Shown: positions 8,012-18,700 of the stretch, piece by piece
How positions within the stretch are numbered: position 1 is the first letter of the stretch
How the letters are laid out: each line of letters begins with the position of its first letter
Virus record (IMG/VR): IMGVR_UViG_3300032242_000323
Location: 1-28,022 of that record
Length of the DNA: 28,022 bases
Reading direction: 5' to 3' (one strand)
From: a virus
Lineage: Duplodnaviria > Caudoviricetes
Notes under the pieces: generated by a model
What the model saw: the letters and a program-made list of their open reading frames with translations, nothing else
Database searches by the model: none
What the model was told of the DNA's origin: nothing
Program-made: the position numbers and the translations under genes

Positions 8012-9627
8012 GATACAACCTAGACTCCACGCTCCCAATCAATGCGTTCTCCCCTCGTGGAGGACGTAGCCCGTTTAATCATGGTATGACTTTAGAGGGC
8101 GGCGGCGGCGGTGGCATTCTTAGTGGAATTGGTGATGCTGTTGGTAGCGTGTTTAAAGGCGTAGAAGAAGGCGTTAAAGGCATAGTTCAGCCTGTTTATG
8201 ATGCCACTTTAAAACAAATTCCTGGCGTTGATAATGCACTTGTAAATTTAGATAAATCTGTTGGTAAAGCAATTCCTGGTGGCTGGGGAACTATTGCTTC
8301 CACTGCTGCAGCGTTTATTCCTGGTATGCAACCCTTGGCAATGGCTGGTATTGGCGCTTTAAACGGCTCAGGCGTAATGCGTGGAGATCATAAGTTTAAT
8401 TTGCAAGGCGCTATTATGGGTGGTGCTTTGGCTTATGGTGCATCAAACTTAGCTCAAGGTTTAGAAGCTGCTGGTGGCGGTGGAACAGCAACAGACCAAT
8501 TAGTTGCTAAAAATATTGCATCTAATTTAGGTGTTGAAGGCGCTTCTTTTGCACCTGGTTCACAAGCAGCTATGTTGGCAGAACAAGCTAAAGGTTTTGG
8601 TGAGGCTGGTTTAAACAGCATTAAAGAAGGCGCAAACCAAGCAATACAATCTAACTTAGCAAGTGCTGGCGCAAATGCCGCAGCAACCGCTGGGACAAAT
8701 GCGGCTGGCGCTGATGTGTATTCTGGTCTCGCTGGGACTCAAGGGGCTATACCTCCAACAGCTATTCCACAACCAACAGGTTTGCAAAGTCTTGCCAATA
8801 GTGCGGGGGATTATGCCAAAGGTACGCTTTCAAACATGGAAGCTGCTGGCAGAGGAATTCAAAATCTTTCTGGTTTAGGAACTGGATCCGCAGAAGCGGC
8901 TAAAGCTTTTTCTGGCACAGGCGCTGGTTTAACCAACACAACTCTTCCCATCCTTATGGGAGGAACTGGTTTGGCTGCTGTAGACGCACAACAAAAATAT
9001 CAAGCAGAATCAAACGCAGCTAATGATAGTAGCAATGCTCAAATTGCAGCAGAAAACGCAAGAATTGAAGCAGAGGCTGAAAAAGCAAGAGAAATGGTTG
9101 CCGCTAACCCACTTCAAACAAGTGCTGATATTAGTAGTGTTTCTCCAAATTCAACGCTTTATGATAGAAATAATTCCAACGATACTTTGTACTCAAGAAA
9201 TAGTTCTGCTTCTAACCGTTTATACGCTATGGGCGGTTCAATCGTTAATCCTCCAGATGACCAAACTGGAATGCCAACTCAAACCCCAATGGAAAATTTT
9301 GAACAAGGCGGTCTAATGTCTATGATTGGACGTACAGCACCACAACAAATGTTTGCTGTTGGCGGGATAGCCGAACCTAGATTTTTATCTGGTGGTGGCG
9401 ATGGAATGAGCGACTCAATTCATGCAAGTATTGACGGAAACCAAGAGGCTCGTCTTGCTGATGGAGAGTTTGTAATTCCAGCGGATGTGGTTTCACATTT
9501 AGGTAATGGTTCGTCAAAAGCGGGCGCAAAACAATTGTATTCAATGATGGACAAAGTGCGTCAAGCCCGCACTGGTCGCAAGTCCCAAGGTAAACAGATT
9601 AACCCACGCAAATTTTTAAATGCGTAA
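8008..9627 (+). CDS. Internal virion/ejection protein 1 (start revised to ATG 8008)
   Basis: ATGA overlap with the upstream stop. Gly/Ala-rich with hydrophobic GxxxG segments; C-terminal GGGDGMSDSI...LADGEFVIPADVVS motif. Confidence 0.7.
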   Translation: MRYNLDSTLPINAFSPRGGRSPFNHGMTLEGGGGGGILSGIGDAVGSVFKGVEEGVKGIVQPVYDATLKQIPGVDNALVNLDKSVGKAIPGGWGTIASTAAAFIPGMQPLAMAGIGALNGSGVMRGDHKFNLQGAIMGGALAYGASNLAQGLEAAGGGGTATDQLVAKNIASNLGVEGASFAPGSQAAMLAEQAKGFGEAGLNSIKEGANQAIQSNLASAGANAAATAGTNAAGADVYSGLAGTQGAIPPTAIPQPTGLQSLANSAGDYAKGTLSNMEAAGRGIQNLSGLGTGSAEAAKAFSGTGAGLTNTTLPILMGGTGLAAVDAQQKYQAESNAANDSSNAQIAAENARIEAEAEKAREMVAANPLQTSADISSVSPNSTLYDRNNSNDTLYSRNSSASNRLYAMGGSIVNPPDDQTGMPTQTPMENFEQGGLMSMIGRTAPQQMFAVGGIAEPRFLSGGGDGMSDSIHASIDGNQEARLADGEFVIPADVVSHLGNGSSKAGAKQLYSMMDKVRQARTGRKSQGKQINPRKFLNA

Positions 9628-9637
9628 AGGATAGAAA

Positions 9638-10747
9638 ATGCCAACATCAACCTCGGTCTCGTCAGCCTTAACTGACGTACCAGCAATATTAAAACCATAC
9701 ATTACTGATGCTGGTGGAGTGCTTCCTACCGCCCAAAAACTTACTAGTCAAACCTATGACCAAATGTATGGCAACGCTTTAAACGCTGCTGGTTTAGCTG
9801 GTTCTGGTCGTGTTGCTGGCTTGTCTAATATGCAACAACAAGTTGGCACAAGTTTAACTGGAATGACAACTCCAGATCAGTTTGCTGCTGGTACAAGTGC
9901 TGCAAATCAAGGTTTAGCTTCCTTGGGTCAAGCAACCGATGCTTATGGAAACGTTGGCACTGTAGCCAATCAAGGTTTAACCAACTATCAGATGGCTGGT
10001 CCGCAAAGCTATACTGGCGATCAAGTAAGCCAATATATGTCTCCATATATGCAACAAGTTGTTGATGTGCAAAAACAAGCTGCTTTACGAGATGCTCAAA
10101 AACAATTAGTTGGTGCTAACTTAGCTTCTTCCCGCCAAGGCACTTATGGCGGCGCTCGTAATGCTTTAATGCAGTCTGAAGCGGATCGTAACTTGCAAAC
10201 TCAAATGGGAACTATTCAAGCTACTGGTAGTCAGAATGCTTTCCAAAATGCGCAACAACAATTTAATACGAGCCAACAACAACAACAAGCTGCAAACCAA
10301 GCTAATTTAAACGCTAACCTTAGCGTACAACAGTTAGGTTCAGCGCAAAGTATGGAAGCTCAAAAGGCAAACCAAGCTGCTGCTTTGGCAAAAGCTCAGG
10401 GTTATGGCAATCTTGGTCAAACATACAACCAATCAGCATCCACACTGGGCGCACTGGGTACAGCAGATCAAGCTGCAAAAATGGATATTCTCAAAGCTCA
10501 AGGTGCTTATGGAGATCTTGAGCGTAACGTTCAGCAAAACCAACTTGATGCTCAGTACAATGATTTGATGTCCCGTTTAAACCAACCATTGACTAACGTT
10601 GAAACAATGAACAACTTAGCTCGTGGTGTTCCGTTGACGCAAACTGGCACAACTACGACAAATACAACTCCACCTCCAAGCTTTGCAAGTCAACTTGCTG
10701 GTACAGGATTGACTGGTTTATCACTCTACAATATGTTTGGTAAATAA
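9638..10747 (+). CDS. Internal virion/DNA transfer (ejection) protein 2
   Basis: SD AAGGA. Gln/Ala-rich coiled-coil, YMSPYMQQVVD and GTYGGAR motifs, hydrophobic Gly-rich C-terminus. Confidence 0.7.
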   Translation: MPTSTSVSSALTDVPAILKPYITDAGGVLPTAQKLTSQTYDQMYGNALNAAGLAGSGRVAGLSNMQQQVGTSLTGMTTPDQFAAGTSAANQGLASLGQATDAYGNVGTVANQGLTNYQMAGPQSYTGDQVSQYMSPYMQQVVDVQKQAALRDAQKQLVGANLASSRQGTYGGARNALMQSEADRNLQTQMGTIQATGSQNAFQNAQQQFNTSQQQQQAANQANLNANLSVQQLGSAQSMEAQKANQAAALAKAQGYGNLGQTYNQSASTLGALGTADQAAKMDILKAQGAYGDLERNVQQNQLDAQYNDLMSRLNQPLTNVETMNNLARGVPLTQTGTTTTNTTPPPSFASQLAGTGLTGLSLYNMFGK

Positions 10748-10749
10748 TT

Positions 10750-12717
10750 ATGAGCATTCTTGACGCACTCAGGCAACACAATAGCTCAATTGATGACTTA
10801 GCAAAACTTCCTCAAGCCATGATTATGCAGATGGCTCAAAGGAAAGAAATCAGTGAGGATATGCTTGCTCCAATCCTTTCTCGCAAAGCCGAGATGATGG
10901 ATGCGGTTGCACGTACAAAGTCTTTACAGCCACAGTCTGCCCCTCCTACGGTGATGGAGCAGATGATGGCTAAGAATGCTCAAGCAGAACAACCACAAAC
11001 AGTGCAAATGGCTTTACAAGGTCAACAAGCACCACAAATGCCCCAGCAAATGGCGCAATTGCCAGAAGATGTTGGTATTGCTACTCAACCAACTCAACCA
11101 ATGCGTATGGCTGGTGGTGGAATCATTGCATTTAGCAAGGGAGATTTAGTTGACCTTGAAGATGACATGGACGAGGAAGACTTAATAGCTGAATATGCCG
11201 ATGCTATGAAAGCTGGTGAAATGGCTATGATGCGGGATCAAGCTGGTCATGGAAATGCTGGTGTTGGCATTAAGTTTCATGAACCAATGCCAAAAGGTGC
11301 ATCACAAGGTATGGTTAGCAATGAAGACCAAGCACGTAAACATAATGTAGGAAACTTACGTCCATCTGGCTTTAGTTACGAAGGTCAAGTAGGCACTAGC
11401 AAAGGCGGTTTTGCTATGTTTGATAGTCCAGAATCTGGTCTAAAAGCCTTGCAACATGACATTGGTATTAAGTTAAATCGTGGTTTAGACACTCCTACTA
11501 AGTTTATTTCTGTTTATGCTCCCGCTGGTGATAAGAATGATGTAGGTGCTTATTCTAATAATGTAGCTAAAATGCTGGGCATTGGCGCTAACGATAAGAT
11601 TCCAAATACACCAGAAGCTAAACAATTATTGGCTCAAGCAATTATTCGTCAAGAAGGTGCTCATAAAGCTACTGCCGCTTTTGCAAATGGCGGAGAAATA
11701 AAACATTTTGTCAATAATGGATATGTTAATTCTGATGATGATAGAAGTGCATTCCAACAAGATTTAGTTGACACTTTTGGGTATTCAAATGCGGCAGATA
11801 AATCCCCAGAAAAACCAGAATGGTTACAAAATACCATTGAGTATTTTACAAAACCTAAAAATCGTACTGGAAAAACAGCTTACATTCCAAATGCCGATGC
11901 AAACTTAGATAATCGTGATGTTGGAACAAAAGGTTCAATGAAACCACCAGCTCCAAGTTTAAATGCTCCAACTCCTCAAGGTGGTTTAACTAATGAAGAG
12001 ATGATGCGGGGTTCTACTCGTGCTGGAACTTGGGATGCCTTAAGCAACGATCAAACTACTGGTCGTGCTTTGCCACAAGCAGCTCCAAGTTATTGGGACA
12101 AAGTTGCCGCTCAGATGGAGCAAGATCGGGCTGATAATATCAAGCAAAAATCTGAAGATAGAAACATGGCTCTTCTTACTGCTGGCTTGGGAATGATTGG
12201 TGGTTCTTCACAACACGCTGGTGAAAACATTGGTAAAGGTGCATTAGCTGGTGTTCAGTATTTATCTGAGGCTAATAAACTTCGTGGTTCAGAAAAAGCC
12301 GCACTTGATAAGAACGCATTAATTGCCCAGCGTTATAAAGAATTAGGTGAAACCGCTAAAGGCAACCAAGCTGGTCTTATGGCTCTTCGCCAAGGTGAAT
12401 TAGCTGTAAGCCAAGGCAAGCTTACCGAAGCAGAACGTACCCATAACTTAAGTGCAATTGGTCAAATGGAGAAGAATTCATTGGCTAAAGCTATGGCGGC
12501 TTTGAAAGCACAAGGTTTGCTTGGGGAAGATATTAGCAACCCACAAACTCAAAGAGCGTTAAATGATTGGGTACAGAATGACTTAGCCAATAACAAAGCT
12601 TATAATAATATGTACCGAAATGTGTATGGCTTTGATTACGATGTAGGTCAAAATGCTGGGTCACCTACTGGTGGCAATACAATGAGGTTTGACAAAAACG
12701 GCAAATTGATCAAATAA
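10750..12717 (+). CDS. Internal virion/ejection protein 3 with a lysozyme-like domain (~11335-11660)
   Basis: RKHNVGNLR...GFAMFDSPESGLKAL...FISVYAP..DKNDVGAY..NVA...AIIRQEG resembles the RNNNPGNIR-type virion muralytic domain. Confidence 0.65.
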   Translation: MSILDALRQHNSSIDDLAKLPQAMIMQMAQRKEISEDMLAPILSRKAEMMDAVARTKSLQPQSAPPTVMEQMMAKNAQAEQPQTVQMALQGQQAPQMPQQMAQLPEDVGIATQPTQPMRMAGGGIIAFSKGDLVDLEDDMDEEDLIAEYADAMKAGEMAMMRDQAGHGNAGVGIKFHEPMPKGASQGMVSNEDQARKHNVGNLRPSGFSYEGQVGTSKGGFAMFDSPESGLKALQHDIGIKLNRGLDTPTKFISVYAPAGDKNDVGAYSNNVAKMLGIGANDKIPNTPEAKQLLAQAIIRQEGAHKATAAFANGGEIKHFVNNGYVNSDDDRSAFQQDLVDTFGYSNAADKSPEKPEWLQNTIEYFTKPKNRTGKTAYIPNADANLDNRDVGTKGSMKPPAPSLNAPTPQGGLTNEEMMRGSTRAGTWDALSNDQTTGRALPQAAPSYWDKVAAQMEQDRADNIKQKSEDRNMALLTAGLGMIGGSSQHAGENIGKGALAGVQYLSEANKLRGSEKAALDKNALIAQRYKELGETAKGNQAGLMALRQGELAVSQGKLTEAERTHNLSAIGQMEKNSLAKAMAALKAQGLLGEDISNPQTQRALNDWVQNDLANNKAYNNMYRNVYGFDYDVGQNAGSPTGGNTMRFDKNGKLIK

Positions 12718-12726
12718 AGGGTCAGC

Positions 12727-15700
12727 ATGGCAATTACCGCTCAATTATTTGACGGGACAACTTTAGAGTTTCCTGATGATACCGATAAGTCAATCATTCA
12801 AGACACTGTAAAAAGGTTAACTGAAGAAAAACAAGTTAAGCCTGACACTGGATTTACTGGTGCTTTTAAGTCTGGAACTGAACGCTTTAAAGGCGATGTA
12901 GCTGCAGTTCTTGGTCGTACTGGTATTATGAATACCGAAGCTGCAGAACAATATAAAGCTCACAAAGAACGTCTTGCAGAGAAGATGTTTACACCAACTC
13001 AAGAGGGTTGGTCAGAAGCTCCATTTACAAAGTTTAAAGAAACCCTTGGCGGTTCTCTTCCATATACTGCCGCTCCATTGGCTGTTGGTCTTGGCGCAGC
13101 AGCACTTCCAGCAATAGGAGTAGCAGCCCCAATAGCCACTGGCATTGGTATGGCTGGTGCTGGTCTTGCTTCTTTAGGTCAATTTACAGGTTCTAACCTT
13201 TCCCGCCAAATGCAGGAAAACCCTAATCTGCGTTTAAAAGACACAGACTTAATGGCTGCTGGTGCTGCCGCAGTTCCACAAGCAGCATTAGACGTAGTAT
13301 CTTTGCGCATGATTCCTGGCATTGGAAAGATATTTGGCGCTGCTGGAAAAGAAGTTACTCCAGAACTTGCTAAACGAATTGCGGAACAGGGAATTCTTAA
13401 AACTGCTGGATACTATGGCGTAGAAGGCGTTAAGCTTGCTGGCAAAGAAGGTGCTACCGAAGCTGGTCAACAGTTCTTTGAACGCTTACAAGCTGGTTTA
13501 AACATTGCTGATGAGCAAGCCCGCAGCGAATATTTTGACAACTTTATTGGCGGCGCAGTTCTTGGTGGCGCATTGTCTGTTCCTGGTGTCGCTATTGAGC
13601 GCCGTAATATTGTCAAGCAAGGCGCTCAGATGGAAGAAGAGCAAAAGCGCCAAGCCATTATTGATCGTCAAAAAGCTCAACGTGAAGCTTATTTAGCAGA
13701 GCAAGAACAACTTAAGCAGACCTCACAGAACCTTGGAGTACCAGAAACATTGGCTCTTCCAGCTCCAGAAGAGAAGCTTGAAGCTATGCCAGAAGAAGTT
13801 GATCCATTGATCAACCCATTGGGTCGCTTTAAATCTACAGACCTTAGCCCGAAAGAAGTGGCTGAAGTTAACAAGCGCAGAAAAGAAATGGGCAAACCCC
13901 GCATTGGTCATACATTTTCTATTGAGGATTTGGCTGATGTATTTACTATTCCCAAAAACCTTGATCCCACAGATCCAGAAGATCAAAAAACTATCCAACA
14001 AATTCAACAGAATAAAGATGGAATCCTTAACCGCTTGGTAGCTGCTCGTACTGGATACCAAGCTGGGCAAGACTTTGCACCACAAACGATTGAGTTATCG
14101 GCACAACAACGTGGTATAGATACTAGAACCCAAGGGTTTAAAGACTTTCTTACTAGGGTCGCTGGCGAAGAAGACCTTACTGCTATGTCTCCTCCTCAAC
14201 GTGTTGCAGTTGCACAAGCACTTCAAAACGTCAAACCTGGCGAAGAGTCTCGCATTCTTGAGGCTGGTATTAGTAACGCTAAACACTATACCGCAGAACA
14301 ATACAACGATACTATTGCTGGTCTTCATAAAGAATTTAAACAAATGGGCAATCAAGAGAACGGTAGAAGTAGCGTTCTTAAGCTTATTGAAAAATACAGC
14401 GGTCTTAAAAATGAACGTGATCAACAACGTATTTTGGATGAGGCGGTTAAGAATGGTGACTTTGAGCGCAACTTAAAAGTTAGCTCAACAGGTCATAACA
14501 TTGAAACGCTTAAACCAGCCGAAGCTATTACACCGTTGCCAGGCGGAATGGACATCCGTAAAGAAACGTTTAAACAGGGTGAAACTCCTGAAGCCTTTGT
14601 TGTACGTGCTGGAAGCAAGGTTTTAAGTTCAGTCGAGACTGCTGAAGAGGCTGACCGTGACCTGGCTGCGCATGAACAAAATCGTCAGGCTGCCGTTGTA
14701 AACACCCAAAAACAAATCCAAGGAATCCAAAACGGAATTAATGCTCGTAATGCCGAGTTGAACCAAATGCAATCTTTAGGTCAAGATCAGACCGATGAGT
14801 TCTTTACTAAGTCAGCCCAGTACTATGGTGCGGATCAACAAGCCAATGCCGCTATAAACGATTTGCGCCAGAAACAACAAGAATTTATGGAGCCTGTAAG
14901 GGTTATCCCTGTAGGAACCAAGCCTGTCGCTAAGGAAAGTTACACTTTTTACGAAAAAGATCAGCCACAGGTTAAGTTTGATACCGAAGAACAGGCAGAA
15001 CAATATGGCATTAGCCGCCTAGATGATGCTACTTTAGAGCAAATTATTAGATCTGCCCCCCATCAAAAGCAAACTGGGCGAGTAAAACGCTATGCAGACT
15101 TGGCTCAGAAGGAGCTAGATGAGCGCAATTCACTTGAATCAGAGCGTGGCATAGCCGTAACCACAACCCAAGGACTAAAAGGCTCTAAAGAGCGTTTAGA
15201 GAAGCTTGGCATCTATAACAAAGAAGTCCATGACAACCTTGAGAAACTGCGTCAAACCTTATTACCAGCACTAAAACGCTATGGCTTGGAGAAGGTAGCT
15301 TTACGTATTCTCAATAGCATTGAAGATGGCAAAGCTGATGGCTACTATATTGAGCAAGTTATGGCTATTGCGCTGGATGCTAAGAATCCTATGGGTACTT
15401 TGCGCCATGAATCTATCCATGCGCTTAAAGAATTGGGTGCGTTTACCCCACAAGAGTGGAAGATTCTTGAGAACAAAGCTAAGTCTGAATGGGTACAGAA
15501 GTACATCAAGGATGCCAATCTGTATGAGTCTTACAAACAACAGTACATTGCCGAGCATGGCAACCTAGTTGGGTTTGAACCATACATCCAAGAAGAAGCT
15601 ATTGCTGAGGCGTTTAAACACTTTAAGGTAGGAACCCTGCCAGCAGGTATGATCGGTAACATTTGGTCTCGTTTAAACAAAATGTTTGAAGCGCTGCGCA

Positions 15701-18700
15701 ATGCATTTAACAAACTTGGTTTCCAGACTAGCGAAGACATCTTTAACAAGATTGAACAAGGCGAGAAGAAGCCTAAAGAAGCTGGTCAAGCACAAGCTGG
15801 TAAATACGACTTAACCAAGCGTATTGATATGACGTTTAAAGACGTTACAAAGCGTGTACCGCAATTGGTTGCTGCTGCCAAAAAAGTTGCTTCTGGCGAG
15901 ATGACTGCCGCTCAATATGATAAGTTGGTTAATAAGTACAAACCTATCTTGCCTTATGATTTTATTCCAGAGCCAGCTACGGCAAAAGAAGCTATTGATG
16001 CTTTAACTTCAGACAAAAAGCCTTTTTATGGAAAGACCGATGAAATTCCAAATGGTCATCCAGTTGGCTTGCGTTTAGACATCCCAGCATATAAAGACCA
16101 CGGTGTTTGGGTCAACTCTATTCACAATGAAGGTGCAAAAGGCTCAATGCCAAATGCGGTTTATTCCAATGTGGCATCTATCAAGAATGCTAACTTTGAA
16201 ATAACAGAAAGAAATCAAGAAAGATTTTTAGATTTTGCCCAAGAAGCAGTCAGCGCAAAAGGCGAAAAACAAAACAAATTTACTGGCGCTCGCATCTATG
16301 GAAATTGGAATCCAATGAGCGAGAAAGAAACGGTTGCAACTGCCAAAAAAGTCTTAAACAATCCAGCATGGTCACAAGTTGGCATGGATCCAGAGCGTCA
16401 TAGTTATTTTTATGACAGAAAAACAACGCAACCAATTGTTTCTGCTGATGAAGTAATTCAAATTGGTCCGCTGGTGTTTGCTAAAAACCCAGTATATTCA
16501 TCCAAGAAAAACTTTAAGTACTCATTGCGTACTAATGCGTCAGAAGCCGACCTTAAGAACTCTTTAGCTGACAAGCGAGTGTCTCCACGTTTGCCAATCT
16601 CAGCAAAAAATACCGAAGATGTTTATGGCGTAGATCGTTTGCAACCAGACTTAAATACATTTAAAAAGGAAGCGGTTCCTTTTAATAAAAATATTGAAAT
16701 CCTGAGCAAGTATCCAAATTTTGAAGGATTGACTGGTAGTAATGAAGAAAAAGCTAACAGCATGGTTGATCAGATGGTTGATAACCTTATGTGGTTATTT
16801 AATCATTGGAAGCCAGAACTGCGTGAGCGCTCAAGATTGTGGTACGTTGGTGGTAACAGAATTTCTACACGTTGGTCTGAACGTTATGGTTTGCCAGCAG
16901 AAAACATTGCCGCAGTTATTGCCGCATTAAGCCCACAAAAAGATTGGTTCCAAAACGTTAGATTGGGCGAATCAATTTTAGATGCTATGGTGTTTAACAG
17001 CACTACACCTTGGGACGAATCCATGTCTGCCGTTCTAAATAATCGGGAATGGGGCAAAAAGTTTTCTAAAGAATTAAAGTATTCTCCTAGTCAACAAATC
17101 TCTCGCTTCCAAGGTAAAACTTTAAAAGATTTATATGACCCAAAAGATGATGCATCTTTATTGGATATGGCTGTATGGATTCGTGCGTGGGATGAAGCAA
17201 AGAATCCACAGGTCGCTAGAGTCATTACACCAGAGGGCAACTTCTCAAATGATGTGGATGTTGGTAAAACTGGCAAACCAGTAGCTTTAAGAGCGCAGGG
17301 CTTTAATGCCATGACTAAAGCGCTAAAAGCAATCCAAGCTAAAGGTGTTCAAGAAATTTCTGAACTGATTGGCGCAAACCACAAAGTTCGTTCCTTCTAC
17401 AACAATATTATTGCGCCGTTTGATAAAGACGATGTAACCATTGATACCCATGCGGTTGCCGCAGCATTACTCAGACCACTTGGATCTAGTGATGCTGAGG
17501 TTGGTCACAACTTTGGTTCATATGCTCCTAAGAGTGCAATAACAGGTTTAAACGGTACATACGCTTTATACGCCGAAGCGTATCGCAGGGCTGCTGAAAA
17601 AGCTGGTGTCTTACCTCGTGAGATGCAGTCCATTACTTGGGAAGCAGTACGTGGTTTATTTAGACCTGAACAAAAAACAGACACCAATAAAACCAAAGCT
17701 GATAACATATGGAAAGAATATGCAAATGGAAAAATCACCGCAAATGAAGCAAGAGAAAAAATCTCTGGAATGGTTCAGGGGATCAAAGACCCAGCTTGGG
17801 TTAGATCCACTGCTGGAAACAATGAAACAGAGACAGATTCCACTTACAAAGGAGAATTACCTCAAGTTAGCGTACCCAGCGGAAATGAAAATATCTCCAG
17901 AACAACTCCAAGAAGTGCCAAAAATTCTAGAGTAAAAGAGAAGTTTTCTTTACGTGCTCCTGAGACACCAGAATTCAAACAATTCTTTAAAGATACCAAG
18001 GTTGTAGACAATGATGGCAAGCCAATGCAAATGTATCACGGCACTGCTGAAGACTTGTTTACTGTATTTGATAAAGCAAAAATTCGTGCAAGCGATTACG
18101 ACACACCATTCAATGGCTTTTGGTTCTCTAATGACAAATTTACATCGCCAGCAATGCGTGATGCAAAGAATACAATTCCTGTTTATTTAAACATCAAGAA
18201 CCCAGCCCCAAGCGAAGCATGGAGAAAAGTTTCTAAAGATGTATACAGAGAGTCTGATGAAGGCAGCTTAGTTTTAAGCAAGGGTTCTCGTTCAGAAGGT
18301 GATGAAATTAGAAATCGTTTGCAAGCTATGGGATACGATGGTGTTCATTATGGTGGCACACCAGACATAAATAAAAACGAATTTGAAAAAAATGGTTACA
18401 CAAGCTTTAAAGATTTGTCTGGTAAATCGTACACAATTGCCAAGAATGATGAAAACGGCGGGGTGGATTTATACAGTGGAAAAGTAAATGAAAAGCCAAC
18501 CTATGAAACTGAAGAGCATATTACTGGGTATTTAGACCTTAATGACTTTTTAAATACATTTGAAAATGAAGTTTGGGTAGCATTTGAGCCTAATCAAATT
18601 AAATCTGTAACAAACGAAAAACCAACAGAATCAGAAGACATTCGTTATTCTTTGCGCAGCCAGCTATCTGATGATTTAAACGAGCGTATTGGTATCACTA

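Noticed and set aside
8098-8115. GGC run as a phase-variable tract
   Set aside because: Triplet repeat encoding poly-Gly; slippage would keep the frame.
8663-9316. Alternative-frame ORFs 8663..8878 and 9023..9316
   Set aside because: Leu/Gln/Lys-rich +1 shadows of Ala/Glu-rich codons; no independent support.
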